Of a DNA stretch of 64,000 nucleotides, positions 37,043 through 46,333 are shown piece after piece. This stretch comes from a virus. The DNA lies in the IMG/VR virus record IMGVR_UViG_3300009499_000008, positions 15,675 to 79,674 of that record. One strand, given 5' to 3'. The notes under the pieces were generated by a model. That model had not been told where the DNA came from and made no database searches. It saw only the letters and a list, made by a program, of their open reading frames with translations. The position numbers were made by a program, and so were the translations under genes. The stretch's first letter is position 1, and each line of letters starts with the position of its first letter.

Positions 37043-37262
37043 TATTCAATCTCTGAGTGCGGTTTTGATCTATCGTATGCTGTGTTTTGCTACCCATCCA
37101 GAAACTTAAGACTATGAAGACGAGTTTTTCGAGATCAGATGGCATTTCTCGTCCAGTTACCCAGATATAGGCCGCAACTCCTAACACTCCTATAGTAATA
37201 AAAGCCTGTAATACTATCGAACGTTCTAGTAAATCCAATAATTTCAATCCAAATTCTTTCAT
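37035..37262 (-). CDS. Holin-like protein
   Basis: 75 aa, two TM helices, FWMGS motif. Confidence 0.7.
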   Translation of the reverse strand: MKEFGLKLLDLLERSIVLQAFITIGVLGVAAYIWVTGREMPSDLEKLVFIVLSFWMGSKTQHTIDQNRTQRLNNG

Positions 37263-37263
37263 G

Positions 37264-37545
37264 TTATTCTTCCTCTAGTGTAGTTTTCAATATATTATTC
37301 GCCGCTTGGCGAAGTATCGCTGCTATCTTTGCCTTTCCGATTAAATTGTTTGGCACAGGGTATACCATGAGTCTACCTTGGAGGCTTTCATAGATGACTG
37401 TAACTACAGAAAATGAAACCCTCGTGAAAGGATCGACATTCTTAGACAGCGCACCGCGTAATTCTATATTCTCATCATTAGCCTCTCGGAGGGCTTCTTC
37501 TAGCTCTTTGATTTGTTGTTGAAGCGACTCATTATCCATCGACAT
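37264..37545 (-). CDS. Hypothetical coiled-coil protein
   Basis: ORF. Confidence 0.6.
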   Translation of the reverse strand: MSMDNESLQQQIKELEEALREANDENIELRGALSKNVDPFTRVSFSVVTVIYESLQGRLMVYPVPNNLIGKAKIAAILRQAANNILKTTLEEE

Positions 37546-37954
37546 CAGCTCCAGAGATTGCTTCGTTGACGGCCTTGTATAAAGCCCCTATGCAGACTTG
37601 GAGTTCCAGTGCTATACCAATGGTGATAGATGTAACAGTACCAGTCATTGGATTAGTAGTATTTACTTTACTCCAATCGTGCCCTTTGAGACGGTCGCGG
37701 AGCCATGTCAGATAAATTTCGTCGATCCTAACAGTTACTGGCTTCTCATCCGCTTCGAGGACTTTGGAATACTGAAGAATACCTTTCTCAGAGTTATCTT
37801 GCACCCACTTTTGGACGAAGGCAAGACTCAACTTCTCATAGAACTCCAACCCTTTCGCAACCATCTCTACATCTGTCCCACTATGAGGACGTTTAAGGAA
37901 CAATTGTAGCGCATACCTCGCAGGAAATGATACCGTGATTTTCTTCAGTGCCAT
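37532..37954 (-). CDS. Hypothetical protein
   Basis: GGAGG SD. Confidence 0.65.
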   Translation of the reverse strand: MALKKITVSFPARYALQLFLKRPHSGTDVEMVAKGLEFYEKLSLAFVQKWVQDNSEKGILQYSKVLEADEKPVTVRIDEIYLTWLRDRLKGHDWSKVNTTNPMTGTVTSITIGIALELQVCIGALYKAVNEAISGADVDG

Positions 37955-38027
37955 TATATCCTCCCTATACTGTCTCTTTCGGCCCTACAAGGCCCCAATC
38001 AGGCGTTCCGTGGGGCATGAAGCCTCT

Positions 38028-38834
38028 TTAGGTCTCCAGGGTCATCTTGAAGCCGCCGACTGAAACATAGATGTCGTCACCTGCCACGCATCCGATAAAG
38101 GTCGCGTACACGTCCCAACCCTCCTCCAGCGGCTTCCAGCCTTGCCAGTCAACAGTCTCGAAGATTGGAGGGCTGTTCCTGACTCTCAGGTTCTCATAGG
38201 TAGGAGCCAGCCTGCAAGTGAGTATAATCCGAGTGCAAACTGAGACGTCGTTCGCGGCTGCAACGTGGGTCAAGACCCAGACCTCGCCTGCGGGCACGGC
38301 GGCAGCAACAAGCGTGTTGTCTCCTAGTGCTGCGTTCAGGTCTCTTACTCGCTCGCTCCACATTCCGCTGTAGCTGAATAGCTGATCCTCGCCCCGCACC
38401 TGGAGCCGGTCGGTGGCCACAGATTCTAGCGCGGCCACCAGGTTGTCAATCAACTGAAGCGCGGTAGTCTGTATCTGCTGTTCGGCTAGGGTTGCAGCGC
38501 CACTCGGAAAGTTGTGTATAGACTTGCCATCAGTGATTAACACATATCCAGCGGCCAAAGAATAATCTTCTGGAGTCAATCTCCGCGCAACTCCTGCATT
38601 TGGAGTGAGATAGAGATTCACTGCTCTAGCAACTGCACCAGTATTGACTAAAACAATTGAACTGACTCCTATACCGTCAGCAGGAGCTGTATACAGATCA
38701 CCAATGGCGGCTGGAAGTTGTCCATCGGCGAGTTGCGTTGCAACTGTGCCTACAAAGCCAAAGATTAGATAATCGACCTCATTAATAACAGGTGCGTCAC
38801 CTCTTATCTTGTCTCCATTGTCCAGTGCGATCAT
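38028..38834 (-). CDS. Tail-associated protein
   Basis: Position; LYTAP...IVLVNT.A.A..V.L beta-sandwich pattern. Confidence 0.6.
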   Translation of the reverse strand: MIALDNGDKIRGDAPVINEVDYLIFGFVGTVATQLADGQLPAAIGDLYTAPADGIGVSSIVLVNTGAVARAVNLYLTPNAGVARRLTPEDYSLAAGYVLITDGKSIHNFPSGAATLAEQQIQTTALQLIDNLVAALESVATDRLQVRGEDQLFSYSGMWSERVRDLNAALGDNTLVAAAVPAGEVWVLTHVAAANDVSVCTRIILTCRLAPTYENLRVRNSPPIFETVDWQGWKPLEEGWDVYATFIGCVAGDDIYVSVGGFKMTLET

Positions 38835-38846
38835 GTTGCATTCCTC

Positions 38847-39389
38847 CTATGAAAGTAAAATCGCCCATTTTATAGAATCCCTCATCCCCACCCCCAGCGC
38901 GTGTACATGGTCTCGATGTGAGAAGATCAAAGATGTTCCCGGAGCAGCCGCTGCAACGACATCTGCTGGATTAACTACATCAAGTGCAGTTTTCCATGAG
39001 GGTCTTAACTCTGCATTGTCTATTCCTAATACATTCCGCACATTAGCAGCGGGAACGGCGATGGCCAATCGAGACCATCTAGGTGTGACGTTGCCTATAA
39101 TGACATCACCATCGACGACAGCAGCCGCCAAGGTATCTGTATGAGATGTGGATAATAATACATGCCTTGCATTAAGTGTATAATCAGCATTAGCGCCACC
39201 GTCTACTCCGACTAAGCCATCGCCAGCGACGAATCGCCTCTCAGCAGTCAACACAGCGTGGAGAGCCAATGTTAAATATTGTGCATTGATTACGCTGCCT
39301 GGACCAACTACCTCAGCATACTCTCTAGTCTCCAAGGCGCGTAATCTTTGGTGTATTTCTCGTATAGTCTTTTGCAATACAGATGGCAT
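38847..39389 (-). CDS. Tail fibre-like protein
   Basis: N-terminal coiled coil RLRALETRE; DHVH motif. Confidence 0.65.
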   Translation of the reverse strand: MPSVLQKTIREIHQRLRALETREYAEVVGPGSVINAQYLTLALHAVLTAERRFVAGDGLVGVDGGANADYTLNARHVLLSTSHTDTLAAAVVDGDVIIGNVTPRWSRLAIAVPAANVRNVLGIDNAELRPSWKTALDVVNPADVVAAAAPGTSLIFSHRDHVHALGVGMRDSIKWAILLS

Positions 39390-40789
39390 CAGAGTAAATC
39401 CTCTGGTATGAATAGGAAGGTCGGTCTTATTTCCTCGCCAGCACTTCCTAAAAGAATATGTGCTTCTACTACTTTCATATTATAATCAATTTCTCTGTAG
39501 CGTCCAGTTACTAAATCGCCTACGTTCCAGTCTCTTCCATACTGAGTCCCCTCAGTAGGGATTCCTTGGAATTCGAAAGTAAACATCTCCTTGTTTTCCA
39601 TAAGGAAGGCATCTCCCATAGCATTCAATGCCGCTGTATTGATATTTTGTGATCCCTCAAGGAAAGCCTCGATTCGATTCCACGGGGAGTCGAACTGAGC
39701 ATCGTAAAGGCTGAAGCGTTCGACGATCTCTCTAGCTGCTCCAATACCGTCACCAGCAACATAAGCCATCGTAGTCTCCGCAATACGATCCGTCACAATT
39801 CTGGGGTTGACCATATTCCCTCGTTGAAGGGAGAATATCGTAGGCACGTTGCCATCGACATTGCCCACTCTACGGTCTAAGCCAATTCTAGGATAGTATA
39901 CATGAAAAGTCAATGTAGGCCCTATGCGATCTACATCGAAGTCTGCTCCAAGCTCTGAAAGAATCTCTATTTCATCAGAAACTCCCACGCCTCGTAAATT
40001 TCTAGTTACAGCAGCCCCCTGATTAGTGTCAGCTTCCACAGAAAAGTTAGCAAATTGTCTCAATCCATCCAAAGCTGAAGAACCTAATTGAAATCGTGCT
40101 AGTTCACGCATTACATCTGTAAAAGCGTCAGTCCTGCTAAAAAAGGCGCTTGCTGCATCTGGTCTGATGATTCGGCGTTTTACCATCGATTTAAGATCTG
40201 GACCCAAGGAAAGATAGATCTCTTTATCTGCGCTATCTACAAGAAATTCATGTCGTCTGTGAAAACCCTCAAAATCGGTATACCACTCTCCGTTAGGATA
40301 CTTGCGTCTAACTTGAACGAATCTATCTAAAGCGAACTCTGAAGATCGTGTTGCAAGAACTCTGAGACGAAAGTTACCATAATTATGGTGTCCTTGGCCA
40401 TTGACACTTTTTATATATTCTAAATTTTCAAAGCCTCCAGCATCATCGAATAAAGCAAGCTGCGTACCATCATGATCGTAAAGGATCACTTGATAACGGC
40501 CCATCAATTCAGGCGGTACGATACAAGGCACTACTGGTATTGGTATCGGAGGTGGAGGAGGTGGAGGAGGCGGAGCATCCTCCTCTACATAATCCACCTC
40601 AAGTAATATTTGAGTAACACGCCGCTCTTCGGTTGCATCCTGATCGACTTCGGCAAGTACTTGAGTGATACGACGATCTGTGTCTTGGATCTGATCGATC
40701 TCTGCCAAGACTTGAGTGATACGACGATTGGAATCCTGTTCCTGATCGATCTCGGCTAAGAGTTGTGTAATGCGTCTTTCGTCGCCCAC
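39389..40789 (-). CDS. Minor tail protein (ReqiPepy6 Gp37-like hub) with N-terminal repeats
   Basis: G.DR, YVAG.G.G..R, RIE.F, YGRDWNVGDLVT. Confidence 0.75.
   Translation of the reverse strand: MGDERRITQLLAEIDQEQDSNRRITQVLAEIDQIQDTDRRITQVLAEVDQDATEERRVTQILLEVDYVEEDAPPPPPPPPPIPIPVVPCIVPPELMGRYQVILYDHDGTQLALFDDAGGFENLEYIKSVNGQGHHNYGNFRLRVLATRSSEFALDRFVQVRRKYPNGEWYTDFEGFHRRHEFLVDSADKEIYLSLGPDLKSMVKRRIIRPDAASAFFSRTDAFTDVMRELARFQLGSSALDGLRQFANFSVEADTNQGAAVTRNLRGVGVSDEIEILSELGADFDVDRIGPTLTFHVYYPRIGLDRRVGNVDGNVPTIFSLQRGNMVNPRIVTDRIAETTMAYVAGDGIGAAREIVERFSLYDAQFDSPWNRIEAFLEGSQNINTAALNAMGDAFLMENKEMFTFEFQGIPTEGTQYGRDWNVGDLVTGRYREIDYNMKVVEAHILLGSAGEEIRPTFLFIPEDLL
40580..40780 (-). repeat. Four 51-bp (17-aa) coding repeats RR(I/V)TQ(V/L/I)LxE(I/V)D
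   Basis: Visible in DNA and protein. Confidence 0.9.
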
Positions 40790-40790
40790 A

Positions 40791-41810
40791 CTACCTCACC
40801 ACCACGCCAGCTTCTATGGCGTTAACTTCGTCTTCCGTCCAATCCTGTCCAGTATCGGGGCTAGTGCCCAAAACTTCTGGGTGATAATCATACGATCTAT
40901 CGTATGGAACGTCGTCACCTTGATGATCGACTCCATAAAGTCGCAGCAAACGAGCAAAATCTCCCCCCTGTGATACAGTATTATAAGCTCTACATAACCA
41001 CTGTACCGCTGCAATATTAGCAACTTGTCCAGGTGTAATAACTAAATCTTGCATTGTATAGGTATCTTTTAAATCTGTCGTAGCTTGCTCGACGTAAGCA
41101 GCGTCGTCATCTGGAGGGACTTCATTTACTGCAGCCCAGTTAGCTCCAGCACTTGGTATCAGTTGTGTATAGTTGCCTGCACCAGTTGGCACAAGTCCTA
41201 CAATGCCTCCAAGTCCAGGCCAAGAATTATTCCTGATTCCATGAATACTATTAATCACCAAATCATCATAATATCCATAGCAAACATATCCACCATCGGA
41301 ATAAGATGCTCCCCATACTATCACCAAGACCTCATCATCTGCGTCAACTTGAGTATCTCCTGAGAAGTCGATGACCTGCACACCATCGATCCTAACCTGA
41401 ATCACACCAACAGCATTGTCTATGAGCACGCGGATTTCAATGCAGCACCAAGCATTAGTAGGCACGACACCACCAGAGACTATCAATGCGTCATTATGAT
41501 CGCCTAGTCTAACTAAGAAGACGCTATCAGCCTGCCGTACTTGAAAGGTAAGTAATTTAGCTCCCAGATTATCAAGTAAAGTACAAAATGTACGATCATT
41601 GCTTCCGCCTGTCATATAAAGACCGATTCTAAAGAATAATTCTGTGTATCCAGTTCTGAGAGTTAACCATGCACGATCATCCGCACTCGGTATATGCAAG
41701 GAATAAGCACCTGTACGTGCCTGCGCAGCAGATATAACCGCTGCACTATCGACGCGAGGAAAGACATCTAGTGAACCAGCTTCTAGACCACTCATCCACA
41801 GTCTGGTCAT
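40791..41810 (-). CDS. Tail protein, LamG/lectin-like, paralog B
   Basis: M.RLWMSGLEAG.LD, YYDD, EVPPDDD. Confidence 0.7.
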   Translation of the reverse strand: MTRLWMSGLEAGSLDVFPRVDSAAVISAAQARTGAYSLHIPSADDRAWLTLRTGYTELFFRIGLYMTGGSNDRTFCTLLDNLGAKLLTFQVRQADSVFLVRLGDHNDALIVSGGVVPTNAWCCIEIRVLIDNAVGVIQVRIDGVQVIDFSGDTQVDADDEVLVIVWGASYSDGGYVCYGYYDDLVINSIHGIRNNSWPGLGGIVGLVPTGAGNYTQLIPSAGANWAAVNEVPPDDDAAYVEQATTDLKDTYTMQDLVITPGQVANIAAVQWLCRAYNTVSQGGDFARLLRLYGVDHQGDDVPYDRSYDYHPEVLGTSPDTGQDWTEDEVNAIEAGVVVR

Positions 41811-42814
41811 CGTATTTTCACTCCCAATTCCATACCATTGACAGCAGCAACGAGCCATGCACCTACGGCTTCAGGATCTTCATCTAGAATCTCAGGATAG
41901 TAATCGTAATCAGCATCGATTGCAATGTCCGCTCCTTGATGATCTACTCCACCAATACGCAGAATTCGTGCGATTTCTGGGTTGCCAACAAGATCTGATT
42001 TGGCCCTTGCAAGCCACTGCACCGCTGCAATCGTCCCTGTAGCTACCAAGTTAGAAGCCGCATAACTATCATGATCATCGATGAGAGTATCGAAGACATA
42101 TGATGTATCATCATCTGGTGGTACTTCGTCTACGTCCTCCCAGTTGGCTTCTGCACCACCAGGGACTCGCTGTAGGTCGGTGCTAAAGCCTGCACCAGTC
42201 GGGAAGATCGCTGGTATGCCTCCACGACCGATCCAAGAAGCGTTCACAACACCAGAAGTATCGTTGAAGGCAATGTCGTCATAATAACCGGGACAACCGT
42301 TAGCTTGTGCTCTCCCAAGCCAAAAGCTTCGGACGTTAGCATTGGCCGTCTGTTGGGTATTTCCTGCAAAATTAATAACTAGCATACCATCCACTTTGAG
42401 CTGAAAGACTCCGTTGGCATTATCAACAAGTAGACGAAACTCAATGCAGTGCCATCTGTTTTGATGCATCTCTCCACCCACGCCGATGACCGTACCGTTA
42501 TAAGCTCCTCGTTTGGCAACCAAAATCCCGGTCCTATTTGGTAATGTGATCGTGAATTGTATGCCCCCTACACTATCAAACAAGGATATGACTTCCGCGT
42601 TAACCCCTTGTGAGTTATGGCGAAGGCCAATTCTGCCAAAGATCTCGGTTTCGTTAGCAGGAAAAGCAGATCCAACCGCATCGGTAGCACCACTGGCCTC
42701 TAGCGAATACGTTCCTGTACGAGCCTGAGCGTTCGTCACTACAGGGCTAAATGCCTGAGAATCGAAAATATCGAGATGTCCTGCTTCAAGACCACTCATC
42801 CATATTCTTGCCAT
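41807..42814 (-). CDS. Tail protein, LamG/lectin-like, paralog A
   Basis: M.RIWMSGLEAG.LD, YYDD, EVPPDDD. Confidence 0.7.
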   Translation of the reverse strand: MARIWMSGLEAGHLDIFDSQAFSPVVTNAQARTGTYSLEASGATDAVGSAFPANETEIFGRIGLRHNSQGVNAEVISLFDSVGGIQFTITLPNRTGILVAKRGAYNGTVIGVGGEMHQNRWHCIEFRLLVDNANGVFQLKVDGMLVINFAGNTQQTANANVRSFWLGRAQANGCPGYYDDIAFNDTSGVVNASWIGRGGIPAIFPTGAGFSTDLQRVPGGAEANWEDVDEVPPDDDTSYVFDTLIDDHDSYAASNLVATGTIAAVQWLARAKSDLVGNPEIARILRIGGVDHQGADIAIDADYDYYPEILDEDPEAVGAWLVAAVNGMELGVKIR

Positions 42815-42824
42815 AATATTTACC

Positions 42825-44444
42825 TCACCAAGAAATGTGTGAAACTTGATCCCATTGATCGATGGGACATTTTACGATGCCGCCCATAAATGGCTGAATC
42901 CTGATTCCCTTGTGATCAAATGTGTCACGCAGAGGTGCACCAAGATTATTCTTCTTAGCATACAATGGAAAGGCATGTGTCGGAGTATGAGGCACACCGA
43001 TAGAGTTCCAAGCCAAATCACGAATCTCTTCGTCGATTGGGCCGTCTGAAGGTGGTGCTGGCAATGGTCCTATCGCCCTGATAATGCTCCGCGCCGCGCC
43101 TTCATCGTGGCCGAAGGAAATCCATTCTGATTCGGGACCCCAATCGAATAGGAGCAAACTCTTGAGCCAGGGGAATTGCTGTGCTCGGCGCTCGCCCTCT
43201 GCAACCTCTTGAAAGTAGGTCGCGGGATCACAGAGCGTGAGCCAGCCAGTCTTTGGGGCGTGGCCTGACTTCTCTGGTGCTATACCGCCGTCCACGCCCC
43301 ACTCAGTCACCAGCAGCTTCAGCTTCGATACGTCCACGCCCAATTGTCGCCACATCTCCACGTCCCATTCGATACGGCCCAGGGCGTGCCAACGACCCAG
43401 CGGCCCCTCAACTCCTGGCCGCCAATAGGCGTGCAAGCCTACGTAGTGCCCCAGAGCGACAGCCACCTTTACTGCTGGGGCCAGCTGTTGTAGCTTCCAT
43501 GCACTCACACCTGTGTCGCCCGTCTGATTGTCTCCAGGGTTCCCTTCTGGCAGATCAAGAATGACTAGTTTGATTCCACTAGCAGATGCCTCCCGCATAG
43601 CCCCGATGGAGTAGGCGCAGAGGTTTGCCAAGCCCTCATTGGAGTTACAGTCTGGCTCATTTGCCAGGGAGTAACAGGTCGCCCACGGTCTCTCGCGCCA
43701 AGCGAAAAGCATAAAGCGCATAAAGTCCCTGCCACCCTCTTCCCCCCTGGGCACGAATTGATCATCAATCTTGTCTGTGTGTATTCGCACAATCTTATTG
43801 GGGATGCGCGGCATGGGGTCAGGGCCAGCGGGTGGGTCCACGAACTTCACCCAGTTGCTATCCAAGTCTATCAACGCCTGTTGCATCCACGGCTCGATCT
43901 TCTGTATGTGTGCCGATGTCTTTGTCATACTCTTTCTTCTCCCGTAATTTCCTAGCCACGCAATATCTTTATAGTAAAAGTCTAAAATCGCTCTGCAAGT
44001 CCAGCCTTTCTCGGCCATTGCTTGCGCTCCATATTGGCACAAGCCCCTACTGTGGCCGTGTTTAACTCTTCCACAGGGGCACTTGGCGACTCGAAGCCAC
44101 TTGCCCCAATCATCAAGAGTCTTTCCGCCGCACGAAGCATGATACCAAGTAGGAACTAACTTCCTCTGATACAGTCCCACGATGCCACGGGTAGCTTCAA
44201 CGATTGCATCCGTCCGTGCCATGCGTTTCGCTGGGTTGAATACTTGATCTCGTGTGTCAGCGTAGACAAATCCTCGCTCGACCACTTTTGCTAGGCCATA
44301 AGTACGAATGACATGAGCTTGAGCTCTTAGTGCCTCTTTGTGCCAATGTGAAGGCATTTCCGCTGGAAGTACAGCCTTCACATACTCCTCGATATTCAAA
44401 GCAAGAAGATTACTACCATCTATGGCGACTTTTATAATAGGCAT
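42825..44444 (-). CDS. SpoIID/LytB domain plus clan GH-A-like hydrolase (endolysin or virion hydrolase)
   Basis: EEYVKAVLPAEM, EALRAQA...RTY, GH..GLCQYGA; NEP and TEWG glutamates. Confidence 0.75.
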   Translation of the reverse strand: MPIIKVAIDGSNLLALNIEEYVKAVLPAEMPSHWHKEALRAQAHVIRTYGLAKVVERGFVYADTRDQVFNPAKRMARTDAIVEATRGIVGLYQRKLVPTWYHASCGGKTLDDWGKWLRVAKCPCGRVKHGHSRGLCQYGAQAMAEKGWTCRAILDFYYKDIAWLGNYGRRKSMTKTSAHIQKIEPWMQQALIDLDSNWVKFVDPPAGPDPMPRIPNKIVRIHTDKIDDQFVPRGEEGGRDFMRFMLFAWRERPWATCYSLANEPDCNSNEGLANLCAYSIGAMREASASGIKLVILDLPEGNPGDNQTGDTGVSAWKLQQLAPAVKVAVALGHYVGLHAYWRPGVEGPLGRWHALGRIEWDVEMWRQLGVDVSKLKLLVTEWGVDGGIAPEKSGHAPKTGWLTLCDPATYFQEVAEGERRAQQFPWLKSLLLFDWGPESEWISFGHDEGAARSIIRAIGPLPAPPSDGPIDEEIRDLAWNSIGVPHTPTHAFPLYAKKNNLGAPLRDTFDHKGIRIQPFMGGIVKCPIDQWDQVSHISW

Positions 44445-44446
44445 AT

Positions 44447-45418
44447 CTAGCTATCTGCTGTATAAGTGACTAACCATCCAGGGCAGTAAACGATGGCATT
44501 GACTGAATCCGCTGGATCAGTTGCATCTCGAAGAGTGAGAAAGTTAATCATATCACCTATTGCCGCATTAGGTAAGGGAGTAGACATAATGCAATTTCGT
44601 TGATTCAATGTAACCGCAATCGCCTGATTCACCGCATTAAATTCGGCAAAATGAGTATCCCAAAGTTGAGCACAAGCTCCATAACTAGCACCAAAGTATA
44701 CCATAGCATTTCCAGTTGCATCAGGAATTATAACTGTTTGAACTACCATATCGCTCACAAAGTCTTCAGGAACCATAGTAAAACCGAAGGTTTCTTGTGT
44801 TTGCGCGTCTTTAAGTTTATAGCCTTTCCATGCCTCCTCTTCATCTGCACCATGAGCAGGAACGAAAAATCTACGTGTTCTAGCCCCTAAACCAGTACCT
44901 ACAGTGATAAATTCTCGATCATCTGACTGAATAGTTACGACGCCTGCATCACTGATATTGATTTGATAAAGCGGTATTTCCCAAAGCACGCCATCAGTCT
45001 GAGTCACTGCTGGTGCAGCGGCATTCTCGGCAGGATTGATGAGACGAATAAGACGTATAGTTTGGGCTAATTGAATTGCTGGATCTCTTGCTGCACTATT
45101 AATATTCGCCCAAGTACTGGACAAAACGATTCTATCCCGTCGCCAGTTACCTGCGGTTGCGCTTACTGGTGCAAAATCTACATTAGCGGTATTTCTATAC
45201 CATTTTCCTTTGACTAAAGCAGCACCAGAAGCGATACGGAACTGATTAGCGCCAAGAATCGACCCAGCCAAATCTCCACCACGATTAGCCAAAACGCCTA
45301 AATTGACATCTGAGTTGAACATATCCTCAAATTGATCATCCCACTCAGATGCGTTGTAAGGTGCTCTTACAGCGTCACCCACTGCAACGCCATCCCACGG
45401 GCCACTCGTCTCTGCCAT
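44447..45418 (-). CDS. Baseplate/tail-tip protein
   Basis: G.ALV.GKWY.N, RRDRIVL, WEIPL, D.R.F. Confidence 0.7.
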   Translation of the reverse strand: MAETSGPWDGVAVGDAVRAPYNASEWDDQFEDMFNSDVNLGVLANRGGDLAGSILGANQFRIASGAALVKGKWYRNTANVDFAPVSATAGNWRRDRIVLSSTWANINSAARDPAIQLAQTIRLIRLINPAENAAAPAVTQTDGVLWEIPLYQINISDAGVVTIQSDDREFITVGTGLGARTRRFFVPAHGADEEEAWKGYKLKDAQTQETFGFTMVPEDFVSDMVVQTVIIPDATGNAMVYFGASYGACAQLWDTHFAEFNAVNQAIAVTLNQRNCIMSTPLPNAAIGDMINFLTLRDATDPADSVNAIVYCPGWLVTYTADS

Positions 45419-45427
45419 ATTGTCCTC

Positions 45428-46333
45428 CTAAATACCTAAATATCTATTGAACCACTCTATTCTGGCCTGTCCTGAACTTCCCAAATTTACGCCAAAAAAG
45501 TAAATATCATTTAATCCACTTGGAGCTAACGGGCTAGGATCTAAATGAAATGTTCCCAAATCTGAATCACTGCTCAAATAGCCAAGTAGATTCTCATCCA
45601 TATTATTAGTTACAGTTTTAATTCCTGGAGTAGTATCTATCGTAACTACCTCTCCAGCCGCTACAGCATAATTGAGTTTCAATCGCTCGCCAGTAGTTTG
45701 ATTCTCCACCATAGGACCTTCCATAGAACCAGTAAAGATAATCATTGGATGAGAAATCCAATTTCCCCCATTTATCACAGTTACTATTTCTGATAGAACA
45801 TTGTTCACTCCAAACATTATCGGAAACGCTGCTGGAAGAATGAGCCACTGTTCTATATCCGCGCCAGATACTTCCTCCCCCTGTGGTGGACTATACCACA
45901 CTGGATCGTAAGCGATCAAACGAAAAGCGATTCCTTGAGTTTCTGGTTGAATTTGTCCAACGGTACTCGCAGTAAAGCCTGCGTCGAATACGGTATTTCG
46001 TAATTCATAGATAGTTCCATCATCGAAAAGGATTTGAAACTTGAACGCCCCCAGCAAAGGATTCATTAACTCGATCATCTGAGTCCGCAATGCCCACATC
46101 TGTGGCCTATCACAGCCTCGTAAGTGCATTGTCACCTGTACTATTCTCGGCCTGAGCACAGTGCCCAGCAGAGTCTCCCCATGTTGAAATGGGGAACGAG
46201 AAGTCCTGTGCTCTAAACGAGGCATGGCTAATCCACTGACCTCTATAAGAGGCATAGGCCATTCTAACCAAGTTTTGTCATCACAGGCTGTGACAATGCG
46301 GAAAGTCTCGCCTTTTCGATGTCTAACGCGCAT
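45428..46333 (-). CDS. Distal tail protein (Dit-like)
   Basis: Follows TMP; P.QHG, AYDP.WY, N.G....P, RYLGI end. Confidence 0.8.
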   Translation of the reverse strand: MRVRHRKGETFRIVTACDDKTWLEWPMPLIEVSGLAMPRLEHRTSRSPFQHGETLLGTVLRPRIVQVTMHLRGCDRPQMWALRTQMIELMNPLLGAFKFQILFDDGTIYELRNTVFDAGFTASTVGQIQPETQGIAFRLIAYDPVWYSPPQGEEVSGADIEQWLILPAAFPIMFGVNNVLSEIVTVINGGNWISHPMIIFTGSMEGPMVENQTTGERLKLNYAVAAGEVVTIDTTPGIKTVTNNMDENLLGYLSSDSDLGTFHLDPSPLAPSGLNDIYFFGVNLGSSGQARIEWFNRYLGI

